NCBI GenBank assembly: GCA_008632985.1 | Contig: QPGO01000005.1 | Coordinates: 703,607 to 767,606 of the forward strand | From: Psammoneis japonica | Taxonomy: Eukaryota | DNA: 64,000 bases | Reading direction: 5' to 3' | Shown: positions 1 to 10,637 of the stretch, one piece after another | Position numbering within the stretch: the stretch's first letter is position 1 | Layout of the letters: each line of letters opens with the position of its first letter | Notes under the pieces: model-generated | The model's input: the letters and a program-made list of their open reading frames with translations, nothing else | Told to the model about the DNA's origin: nothing | Databases searched by the model: none | Position numbers and translations under genes: made by a program

Positions 1-937
1 CGCCCCTGAACTTGTGATGACTTCTTTCGAGAGCTTACCACGTCGATGCGATCAAACTGAAGGTGACTTAGAGTGCGTCCTGCTATTGAATACGTTGGCA
101 ACCATTGTCAGTCGTGGTGGAAAGCGTGCGGCGCATCATCTATTCATTCGGCTCGGCCTTTTTTCTTGGCTTCGGTCAGTTTTAGTCGGTCGAAATGTAT
201 GTGAATTGCTCCCCACGGTCGCTTGTCGACTGTCGTTTCTTCATCTTGTGACTGTTGCTGCTCGGATAGTGGACCAAGCTTACGACGGTGACAGCAAGCT
301 TTCCACCGATAGCACAGTTGAAGAAATCTTCAATTTAGCCAACCCCATTCTACTTTTGCACGAGACTGGGCACCAGCGGTTGAGACATGGAGGTGGTTTG
401 GTGTCTTCTGATTTGGCCAGTGCGATTTGTGATTCACTTTTTTCCTTGGCAACTGCTGTAGACCGTGCGTTTGCGACGGGCAGAGGGTCATACCACCGTC
501 TTGGTGCAAACCCTTTTGGACTATGCATTTCATCAGCATTGCAGTTACTCGCCATGACTCCCGCGGCTTCTTTAGAAAAAGCTGTTGCTTCATTTTGCCG
601 TCTACCGTTTCGTTTCGAGCCTACCAAGGCGAAGGAAGCTTCTGATTGTTGCGAATATATATTGACGTTTGTTTTGAAGAGCAAGGATTCTTCAGTTATT
701 ATCGCGGATGTGTTACGGCGGGTTTCGCTGTTTGCCAAGCTCTTTGGAAACTCACTTGAACCTGATGGTCGCATTTTAGCGCTCACTTTGGCATCTAGAC
801 GTTGTTGCAATGGTCTTCTTGGCGGCAAACAGGAGTTTACAGAATGCATATCAATTCTTTTGGAGTGTCATTCAAAACCCAGTCGCCTTCCTGAGGATGT
901 TGCTGGCATCGCTCATCGGATACAAGAATCTAGTTGA
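1..937 (+). CDS. 3' part of a large helical protein, probably URB1/Npa1 (nucleolar pre-ribosomal-associated protein); 5' truncated by window edge
   Basis: Frame is open from the window start. The segment 'ELVMTSF...LLLNTLATIV...HHLFIRLGLFSWL' resembles the NopRA1 domain end (L...GLLSWL). Normal TpA/CpG content. Confidence 0.5.
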   Translation, partial: APELVMTSFESLPRRCDQTEGDLECVLLLNTLATIVSRGGKRAAHHLFIRLGLFSWLRSVLVGRNVCELLPTVACRLSFLHLVTVAARIVDQAYDGDSKLSTDSTVEEIFNLANPILLLHETGHQRLRHGGGLVSSDLASAICDSLFSLATAVDRAFATGRGSYHRLGANPFGLCISSALQLLAMTPAASLEKAVASFCRLPFRFEPTKAKEASDCCEYILTFVLKSKDSSVIIADVLRRVSLFAKLFGNSLEPDGRILALTLASRRCCNGLLGGKQEFTECISILLECHSKPSRLPEDVAGIAHRIQESS

Positions 938-1236
938 GCGAATAATGGCGTCATAGACGAGTGAATTCAGATTTGCTATTAGACCATGGAGCAATCATTG
1001 TCTTGCTCGTAGTCATGGATTCGATTCGGAGCTAGTAGTGTTACGCACGCTACATGGGTCGAGGGGGACTCATCGCCGCATTGATCTTTCGTGGCGTCTC
1101 TCTCGAGAGAGCTTGTGTAGCCAGCATTTACCACTGTAGGTCCGCTTCATAGATCGCGTGCGCGACCGATCTCTACTCAATTGATGGCTGCTGTAGCTGG
1201 GGCCCTGCCGGCACTCTCTCTAGCTAGCCATCTCTA

Positions 1237-4200
1237 CCCCAGAGCCACATGAAGGTGGGCTTTGGCAGATTTGCCATCTTGTTGTTGTTGAGACAAGCCA
1301 GCTGCGGTGCTGACAAGCTTGACTCTTGTCGTGCCAAACTTTTCTTCCAGCACCAGTGTTGCCACTTGGCTGCAGCAGATGTCATTTTCTTCAACTGCTT
1401 TTCTTGCCATCTTGTTGCAGGCTGCCCACACCATGTTCTTGAAGTTGAGCAGTGGCTGTCTCTGTCTGTTGCCAGTTTCAACAGCTTGTCAACAAACTCA
1501 ACCATCTGGTCAACGTGCAGGGGCACACTCCAGTTGGCCAGCTCAGCATGTGGCCAGGCTTGGTTGCCACCTTTTCTTTCTCAAACAGCTGATCAAATGC
1601 ATGTTGCAAAGCAGTGGCAGCTGGCTGCAGGGACACATGGGGCTTGTGACACTGCAAATTTGTGGGGACAATGCATTGATGCGCTGCACAACATGCTCAA
1701 AGAGCAACATTGTCAGCAGCGCCCCTTTCAAGAAATCTGCCTCAGTGCCCCACCCAAAAATCAACAACAATCATGTGATGTCTTGAGGTGCTGGCAAAGT
1801 TCAGCAAGTTTTGGTCAAGACCTGCAACACATCATCCTGCCTCTAAAAAGGAGTGCACACATCAAGCGCAACATCTTGTGACTGCTCACCACCCTGCTGA
1901 GCTGCTTGGCAAAACTTTTTTGTGTGCCAGATTAAAACCTGGGCTTTCCACCTTTCTCACAGCACCAAGGGACAAGTTTGTGGTCTGATGTCAAATGAGC
2001 CAAAAACAAAATCAACACTCAACCACTTCTTTGGCAGAGGAATGGTGCTGCACCTCCAAGCTGGACTCTGAAACATGGATTGGGCCGCATTTTACATGTG
2101 ATGCTTGGGGTGCTGGTCAGCTCTCACCAAGCCACTTGGCAGTGTGCTTTGCATGCGCTCTTTTCTTTGCGCACTTTTCCATCAGCAGCAGCCACTTTTG
2201 CAGCAATGCAATGCTTTTGTGCTGTTGTGCTCTCTTCCTTTTCAACAAGCACAGGAGTCAAGTGGCTGGCACATGGCACAAAAACACCAACAGCACAAAG
2301 ACCAGCTTTTGCCGGCTCTTCAACAAGTTGATTTTTGAGGGCCAACAAGCCAACAATTTGTTCAGAATTCTGGCAGTCTTCTGCACAACATGGCAGTTTG
2401 GACAGACCACTTGTGCACCCAGTTCTTGCATTTTTTTGTGCCTGCAGAAATTGTGCATGGCACAATCTCTGCAGAATGAATTGCACTGTCTGACTTTGGC
2501 AACAACTTCTCTCCATAAAAAAAAAATTGGCTCACAAAAGGACAAAGTGCACAAAATGAAAAGTGCTGCTGACAACTGTGACAAGCACCATCAGACAAAA
2601 TGGCCTCCACTTGCTCATTTTAAGGAGACAACTCCAGATGTGCTGCAGCAGCGTTGGTGGTTGAAATGAGGCAAGTGGAGATCAAAGAGTCAGACAGAAA
2701 ACATGGGGCTGCATTGTGCAAGAGGTTTTGCTGGATTTTTCCATGGGGTGAGGAAGCAACAGGAGTGGTGGTCCCCAACACCAACAAGGGAAGCATTGGA
2801 GATGGGCAAAGGACAGCATGAACACTTGCTAGATGCCTTGCTTGGGGGCTGGCTTGGATGGAATTGTCCTGGGGTGTCAAGTTGCTTGTCCATCACTGAA
2901 AAGACAGTGCTTGGTGGGTTCAAACACTGCATCATGGGCATGCCACTGCTGCAACTGTGGCTGAAGATGGCAAAGAAGTTTTCACAATGGCAAAGCAGGA
3001 GTCAATGGTGCATGCCTCAATGTTGCAGATTGGCGAGCCACTCTGGTGCAACAGCAGAGATGAGTCAATGCAGTGCCAGACTGCCAATGACAACACAAAC
3101 AATTCAGAGTGCAGCAAATGAGCAGCATTTGCCAGTTTGGAGCAGCTTGGCTTGAATCATTTGTTGCTGTTTGTTCATGCCTCAACAACCTTGAAGCATC
3201 TGGAGCAAATTGATGATGAAAAGGTTGCTGTGCAGATCAAGCCGGTTGCCACAAAAAGCATGCTGGGTGCCACAGTGGGGAGGCGCCTGCCCACACCAAG
3301 GATGTTCCAAGCTGGAAGTCAAGGATCTGAGGTTGCAAAGCAAGTCTTGATGAAAAAGCTGAAAAAAGAAGAGCCAAGCACCTCCAGATGAGGAGAGGGT
3401 GAATGACTTGGGTGAGCACATGCTGAAGGTGATGATTTTGGTGACCGCAATGGTGGAAAAAAGATGCGTGATTTGAAGAGTGATGTAAAGAGAAATGAGC
3501 TCACCTCAAATCATGCAAAGATGTGGTGGCCAAGCTCAGGAAGGATCATGATGGGTGGCCATGCCAGAAATGAGAAAGGAAATGCTTGAAGTCAGAAAAC
3601 AATCTGAGCTTGCCAGTGCAAAGGTGGAGCAGAAATGTGGCTTGTCATGTGTGCAGGACCCTTGTTGGTCAGTTGGATGCCTTGTTCTCTTTAAACAGCA
3701 AACTGACCCAGTGCACCCCAAGAAAGCATGACCAAAACCATGACTGTCAGCTCCAAAATCAAAAAATTGAAGACAACTCAGCTGCAGTCATGCAGAAGGA
3801 AAAGGTTGCAAAGGGGCACAAGCGGGCTGCAAGCTGCAAAACCTGGCCGCAAAAAGTCCTGCACGACAGCTTTTTACAAAGGCAGTGAAATTAGAAAGAT
3901 GAGAGAACTTCAAAGATGGCAAAAGTGTGCAATGCCACAGTTTCTTCATGCTCTGCCCCCTTTTTCCTTTTGTTTGGATTTGACACTTGATGACAGCACC
4001 ATCATGATGACAATGCTGCGAAGGTTTGCCGCTGCACTGTTGTCTGTTGTTGATGTGACATTGTTGTTTTCGTTTGTGCTGCAAGATTTGTGAGATGTCA
4101 TTGTTGTGTGGAAGTGTGCAAAAAGCCTTGGTGCACTTCAGATTGGCGCCACATCTTGTGCACAAAGTTCCTGTGTGTGCACGAGCAAAACCATCATGAC

Positions 4201-4780
4201 AACAGAGCCCGTCAGACTTTTTGGAAAAGCCAGCCATCCAGTTTTTGCTCTGGTCTGTCCATCCTTCAAAATGCCTGCAGAGTCTGGCAGGCTTTCCTCA
4301 CATGTCTGTGCCCACCTGAGTGAGCCCAGCACTTGTCTTGTGCATGTCACTTGCCCATTTGGCACATGGAGGGCGAGCATCAGATGTGTCAGATTTTGCT
4401 GTCAGAGAGACCGACCTCACCCACCATCAATGGCTCTGGTTGGTGAGCACCTTCTCTGCATTGTTTTGCAACTTGGCTGATGCTGCAGCTGCTTTTGAAG
4501 CTCTTTCTCCCACCAGATGTTGTGCTGTGCCTGCAGCTGGTCTCGCGCAACATTTTCTGAATGGGGGCAAACAAGTGGCTCTGCTCTGCATTTTGCATGG
4601 TTTGGAGCCAAAGAAAGAGAGCACCAAGGACAAAAAGAGAAAGCACAGTGGTGGCAAAAATTGCAGTGACAAGAAGGCGCGCTGCTGCCATGTCCTCACC
4701 AGCACTGTGCTTGCTGTGTGTTGCCACGCGGTTGGTGCCGGCTTGGCATGTGACAGTGGCAGAATGCGCTCTTTTTGAGA
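1237..4780. other. Degenerate block depleted of both TpA and CpG, with unidentifiable gene-like remnants
   Basis: By eye there are no TA dinucleotides in 1237-1843 and only about 5 CG. Translations are Cys/His/Gln-rich in all six frames. A signal-anchor-like remnant lies at 4389-4727 (-). Confidence 0.75.
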
Positions 4781-5122
4781 AAGGTGGGCAGTTCCCCCAT
4801 GATCATCGTGCTTCGGTTGTGGGGAGTGTGTTTTTGTTTGGGTGGGTGAAGGGGTTCGAACGGGAATCATTTCTGCATTCACAAACAACAGATGCACCGT
4901 GATCAGCTCTCCCTCGTGCGAGTGGTCGCGCGCGCATGCGGTGGGCAGGGCCCACATCATTGCAAGATCTAGCTTGAGATGACTTGACAAAAGTTGTGTG
5001 AGAACCGAGGAGAGAACCCATCATCGCTGATGCAGCCCAAACGGCAGGTCGTCAAATGGTGTGGGTTAGCGCACATGACGACGTTGCTGACGCAGACGGT
5101 CATCCTTTAAGCAAGTAGCCCC

Positions 5123-5151
5123 ATGTGCGCTATAAAGTTTATAGCGCACAT
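5123..5151. repeat. Perfect hairpin ATGTGCGCTATAAA-G-TTTATAGCGCACAT within subterminal repeats
   Basis: 14-bp arms with a 1-nt loop. The TGTGCGCTA-like motif recurs at about 5066-5076, 5187-5201 and 5209-5224. Confidence 0.85.
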
Positions 5152-5693
5152 AAAGAGCTGCTGACGTTATAGGGTCATTCTGCTTCTATGTGCGCTACAA
5201 ATCTCCCCTGTGTACGCTATAAAGTGACATCCACAATTATGAAGAAAGACAGAAAGGTAATGGGTCAATTTTCAGTTTGGATTACCGACATACATCGATG
5301 AATGTGCATGCTTCGCAGGCACCACGCAACAAACTGCAGCACCACAATGATGCGTGCCGCCGGTGTCTCACTTTACGGCATGATGTCTCAATGACGCTTT
5401 TGCCGATTTTCCTGTTTGTTTTTGATTTCTTAACAAAAATTGTGCAATTCATCCGAAAAGCTTGGCGCTGTGGCTTCTTGACTTTGCTCATGCCATCCTC
5501 ACAAAAGCAAGCCTTTGTTTCCTTGCCCTGCTTCTGCTTTCTGCTGCTGCTCACCTTGGGCTTTGGCATGTGCTGGAGATCATTTCTGGCCACCTCAGAT
5601 GCTGCATGCCTGTGAACTTGTCTGTGCTTTTTGTCTTTTCTTTTTGTTGTTGCTCTGGCTTCTTGCTGTTCCAACACACAGAGCACTGCTTTT

Positions 5694-5694
<1 letters not shown>

Positions 5695-5724
<30 letters not shown>
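5695..5724. repeat. (TGC)10 microsatellite
   Basis: Directly visible. Confidence 0.95.
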
Positions 5725-5727
<3 letters not shown>

Positions 5728-6924
5728 TTTGTTCATGATCATCATGCTGGGGAGCTCCTTGCCAAAGCTGCAAAGAGATGATTTTCCAGATCTGCAACAA
5801 GCATCAAAGCAGCAGTTCTTTGTGAGGCAGCTCTCAACAACAACTGGGCCAAACCCCAAAGTGGTGCTGAGAACACTTTGCAGTTTGCAAGGTGCTGCTT
5901 GGTCATGGACAACATGCAGAGTTTCTCAGCTGGCTTGCTGTGGTGGCAATGAGCTCTTGCTGGGTTGTGCTGTGTAGAGCATCTCAGCTGCTTGTGCTTT
6001 TGGCACCCAAAGCCGTCTCACAAGTTTCTCTTTTGGCATCTTGTTCATCCCTTCCACCTGTTTCTTCAAGATGCAGCATGCAGCAGGGCTCTCTGTGAGA
6101 GCTGGCATGTGGTGCCATCCTGGCTTCTCTTGCAGCCATCAGAGCTGTGGCTGGACACACTGGTTCTGCACAAACTCTCCTTGTCTGCATGCCACACTTT
6201 GTTTCACACCAAATTGTGGGGCAAATCTCAACTGGCACAGCTGTCACACACCCCAAAATGGCATTGAAAACACTTTGTGGGGTGCTGTTTGGCTGCGGAC
6301 AACCTTCGGCCTTCTTGGCTGGGGCCAGCTGGGGGGCAGCAGCCAGCTCTCTTGCTGCTGGGTCACAGCACAACACGCTGCAGAGCATCTCTCAACTGCT
6401 GCTTGCTTTTGGTGCCCAAAACAGTCTCACAATTTTCCCTTTTTGGCATTTTGTTCACCCCTTCCACCCAGTTCTTCAGTGCACAGCACACACCACTCTC
6501 CTCTCTGCACCCCGGCTCTTGCCCCTCTTCCTCTGGCTCTCTGCGCATCTTTTTTGCTTCTTGCTGCTTTGCCTTTTGTTGCAGCCACTGGTGCTGTGGC
6601 CAGACACTCTCTGTTTTGGCACAAGCTCCTTGTCTGCATGTTGCACTTTGCTTCAAATGTTGTTCCTTGTCCTTTTGAGATGAGATGCCTTTGGTGATGG
6701 GTGCTTGTGCAGAGTTGTTTGTTCTCCCCACTTTAACATCCGGGTCACTTTTTCGAGTTGACTCTCGCTTCGCTCGAGTCGAGTCAATCAAAACCTGCTG
6801 CCCACACCAGGTAAAAAAATGCCGCCCAAACCCAACAGTTTCCCATGTGTCTAATGCGTTGGTTGGCACACACATGTCAGAGAGGGCACACTCGGTCATA
6901 GAGCACATGTGCCTGTCTCACTCA

Positions 6925-6936
6925 CTCTTCCCCTCC
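6925..6936 (-). other. Polypurine tract of the Gypsy element
   Basis: Purine run (reverse complement of ctcttcccctcc) immediately before the TG start of the 3' LTR on the minus strand. Confidence 0.85.
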
Positions 6937-7032
6937 ATGGTGCAAGGCACACACGCACCATTGGAACCACTTGACTAAAATTCAAAACCCACCACGCACG
7001 GAGAAGGGAACCCAGACGTTGGGAAGAAACCC

Positions 7033-10000
7033 TCAACTCCGACACGGCACCACACGGCGAACATTGATTTGCTCGACAACGTGCAGTGCTCGCAGTGCCG
7101 AAACAGTCCCGTTGGCGTGGACTTGTGCAATTCGAAACGGACCACAAGCTCGTTCTTCTAACTTCCAAGGATCCACCAACTTGACCAACACATCTTGACC
7201 AACTGGGCAATCGCAGGAATGTCGCTTCACATTCTGTCGTCGTAGATTCTCGTCGATCAACACTTGTCGGTTGGCTTGTGTCGTTGCGAGGTCGGAGACA
7301 ATGGGCAGGTCCAAAATCACATCACGTTGGAACACGAGAGCTCCACTTGAAACACCCGTGGACCTTGAGTGGGAGCATCGCAAAGCACAAGAGGCTGCAG
7401 CAAGGGCATCGTCCACAATCTGTTCGGCCTGTTGAACATTCAGAGGTGGGTTGGCAACAACCACAGTGCGCAAGATGTCAGCTGCCGTCTGGTGCATTCG
7501 TTCACAAATGGAGTTGGCTGCAGGATTTCGAGACGTCATTGGAGCATCAGCAACACCCCGCTTGATTCAGTGACATTTGGAATTCCCAACCAATGAACTC
7601 TCCACCATTGTCATGGATGCATTGATTCGGTCTGGGGCAACGAGCTAACCAAAGGTTGCAAAAACTTGTCAGTCACATGCTGAGAAGTTTTGTTGTCAAT
7701 GCGTGCAAGTTCAGTCAATCCAGTGACAGTGTCAATGCAAGTGAGAGTGCTGAATTCAATCTCTTGATCTTGAATCGGGATCTTCCATGGTCCAATGAGA
7801 TCAACTGCTGCTTCCGTCCACGGAGCCAACGGTGCTTGACGTTGAGGCAACTCTCCATGTCCAGGACCCAGTTGTTTAAATCATTGACATGCATTGCAAA
7901 CAAATTCATTACAACGTCGCCGCAAAGCAGGATGGTGCATGTGAGTCCGGATGCTTTCATGCAATCGCACGACTCCACAATGGCCCAATGTGCGATGATG
8001 CCATGCAACCATGTCAGGCAACAATGCAGCAGGAGTGCAAATCTTCCAGGCTCCAGGCGGATCATTCAATTGCAAATGACAACAAATCAAGGGACGATGG
8101 TTCACGATCTTGACCACAAACTGCTGCGGATTTTGTTGTCTTTGCTGGTTCAGTTGGAGGTCTTCGAACTGGAGCTGTTGGATCCTTAGCATCTCAGCAG
8201 GATCCGGCATCTTGTCCAACGTTGGATGATTCAAAAAGCATTCAAATAATTCAGGCTTGTCAAGCAAAGAGGAAAAGACGGCGTGAGACTCATCAGAAGG
8301 ATCAACAGGAGCACGGCAACACTTGAACCTGCAAGCGCCCAATTCCAAATCTTCTTCGTCCTCGGTCGAATCCAACTTTTCAAAATGAATGATTTTTCCT
8401 TTGCATTCACCACTTGGCCCAAGGCTCTTCCCCTCCGAAGGCGGATCCACATGTGGCAGACGAGAAAAACAATCGGCGAGCACGTCATCCTTGCCTTCGA
8501 CACACTCAAACGCAGGTGCGAAATCTTCGAGGAACAGGCGCCAACGAAGGACGCGCTGTGTGTTCAAAGTGCAAAAGGTGAGATTTTTGTGATCAGCATG
8601 CACAGTGATGTCAGCACCAAGTGGCATCGAACGAAACTCCTTGAAGCACATGACGACAGCCAGCAGTTCTTTTTCCATTGTCAAGTGGTTTTGTTGAGCT
8701 GCCGAAAGCTTTTTAGACCAATGCGCCACTGGCTTGCCATCTTGATTGACAGCGGCGCCCATCTGGTGGTCTGATGCATCGGTGCAAACATGGAATGGTG
8801 GGCCATGGTTGGGGCAGGCCATCAATGCTTCCGCCGCGATCACTGCTTTCATTTCATCAAACGCTTTCTGACATGATTCCGTCCATTGGAACTGACTCTT
8901 GCCTGTCAATTCAGTCAGAGGTGCAAGTGGGTGAGAACAGCGAGGCCACACATTGCGACAATGAGTTGCTGCACTGAGAAACGATCGGAGTTGAGCAGTG
9001 TTCCGTGGAGGTTGCATTCGCAGAATCGCTTCGACCTTTTTCTTCCATGGTTCAATGCCAGTCAGAGCAAGCCAATGCCCTAAGAAATCGGTTTCTTGAA
9101 CACACCACTCGCATTTCAACGGATTAACTTTTAAACCATTCTCTTCGAGACGATGCAGCACCTTGTCAAGACAAGAGAGATGGCAATCAAAGTCAGCATC
9201 AAACGCTCCAATGTCATCAACATAAGTTTCGACATCCAAACCATGTGAGATCTTTTCAATGATGGACTGAGCAATGTCTGGAGCTGGCTTCAATCCCATG
9301 GCCATGCGACAGCACTGAAACTTTCCGCAGGGAGTTGTGATGGTGGCAAGCTCCTTGCTTTCATCGTCCAATTCCAAATTACAGTGGAACACAGTAAGAT
9401 CCAATTTCATGAAGAATTTGTAGCCCGCTCTCCGCTGCAGCACATCTTGAACAACCGGCAGAGGACACACTTTCCGCTTGAGGACCTTGTTGAGCTCTCG
9501 GAAATCTGACACCCATCACACTCGACCGTCCTTCTTCAGAGCAATGAAAGTGCCAGCTGCCCATTCCGCAGGTCCACATGGTCGCAACACACCGAGGTTC
9601 ACCAAGTGCTTTGGTTCCTTTTTGAACGCTTCTTCATTAACTTGAGCAACAGGAAACGGTTTTGAGTGACAAGGAACAGCGTTTTCATTCACTTCAAGGT
9701 GCACCTTTTCATGAGGATGATGGCCCAACGTTCCGTCAAACAAGGTCAAATGCTTCTCCAACACCGCTGGTGGTTTCTTCTTTTGTTCTTCCGTGAGATG
9801 GTCCAAATTCCGAACTGCCTCCGCTGGATCCGTTGCTTCATGCTTGGCATCAAGCACACAGGTGTCGCACCCGTCCTCGCATCCGCAGTCCGACTCGTCT
9901 TCATGATCTTCATCAAATTCATCCATTCGGTCTGAAGCAACATGCCAATTGTAGGACTTGGACCAATGACGAGGCTCCTTCATTGGGATCACGCGGTCTA

Positions 10001-10637
10001 ACCAATGCAGCGTTCTTGCATCGTAGTTCAAATTGAGGCCAATCTCATCCAAAAAGTCTCGACCCAAAATGACATCACACGCACACGGAGCATCGAACAC
10101 GTGAGCCACACAGCCGTCAACCCTCCTGGTCTTGTCGAATTCCGGTGGCACAATGTCGCTCAGGGCTGCCCAACGACCCGATTGGAAAGGACCTGCAATG
10201 GTTTGAAAAGCTCGGACTCCCTGTTCGTCAAGAGATGGCACGGCTCCTCGAGGTAAAACTTGAGACGAGATCATAGTGTGAGAACCACCTGAGTCAAACA
10301 AGACATGCATCACACGATTCAATTCGTGCCGCTGGATCGATTTTGCAACAAGCAGTGTAGATGGGACCAATGCAGTGCACGATGCTTGCGATTTCATTTT
10401 GGGGAGAGGAATGTGATGCTCAAATGCATCTTGATCGAACACGTCCCCCTCTTCATTCATGTAATTTTCTGCAGCATTTTCAAATTTAACAGGTGACAAT
10501 TCGTCAGGATTTTCAAAACAATCAAAAACAAAACATTCATCATTTCTTTCAGGTGGGACACAATCATTTTCATCAACAAATGCTTCTCTCACAGGCAATT
10601 GGGAGCACTCGGCTCCGGAGCATTCAGCTCCTTCTTC
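7033..10637 (-). pseudogene. pol: Gypsy pol (protease, RT, RNase H, integrase), disrupted
   Basis: PR 'VLFDSGGSHTMIS'; RT 'YVDD'; RNase H 'TDAS..EKELLA..DHKNL..LADCFSR'; IN 'H..LGH..CNAC', 'AVDLIGPW', 'NSICERMH', 'GPF'. In-frame TGA stops at about 9516 and 7881, plus a frameshift in IN. Confidence 0.93.

Larger units (their letters stand above)
5043..6823. mobile_element. Non-autonomous TIR DNA-transposon-like insertion (GG...CC ends, 8-bp TSD)
   Basis: TSD GCCCAAAC at 5035-5042 and 6824-6831. Both ends read GGCA-N10-TGGTGTGGG in inverted orientation. The empty site is preserved in the other LTR. No transposase recognised. Confidence 0.85.
4961..6924 (-). repeat. 3' LTR (175 bp) split into 4961-5042 and 6824-6924 by a nested insertion
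   Basis: Both halves align without gaps to 12213-12387, with 18 substitutions. Confidence 0.93.

Noticed and set aside
1199..4953. GGGCCCTGCC / GGCAGGGCCC as TIRs around the degenerate block
   Set aside because: Only a 10-bp GC-rich match with no TSD found; cannot be distinguished from chance.
1224..6978. Dozens of 60-220-aa ORFs on both strands
   Set aside because: By-product of TAA/TAG loss; Tyr-free and Cys/His-rich with no family motifs.
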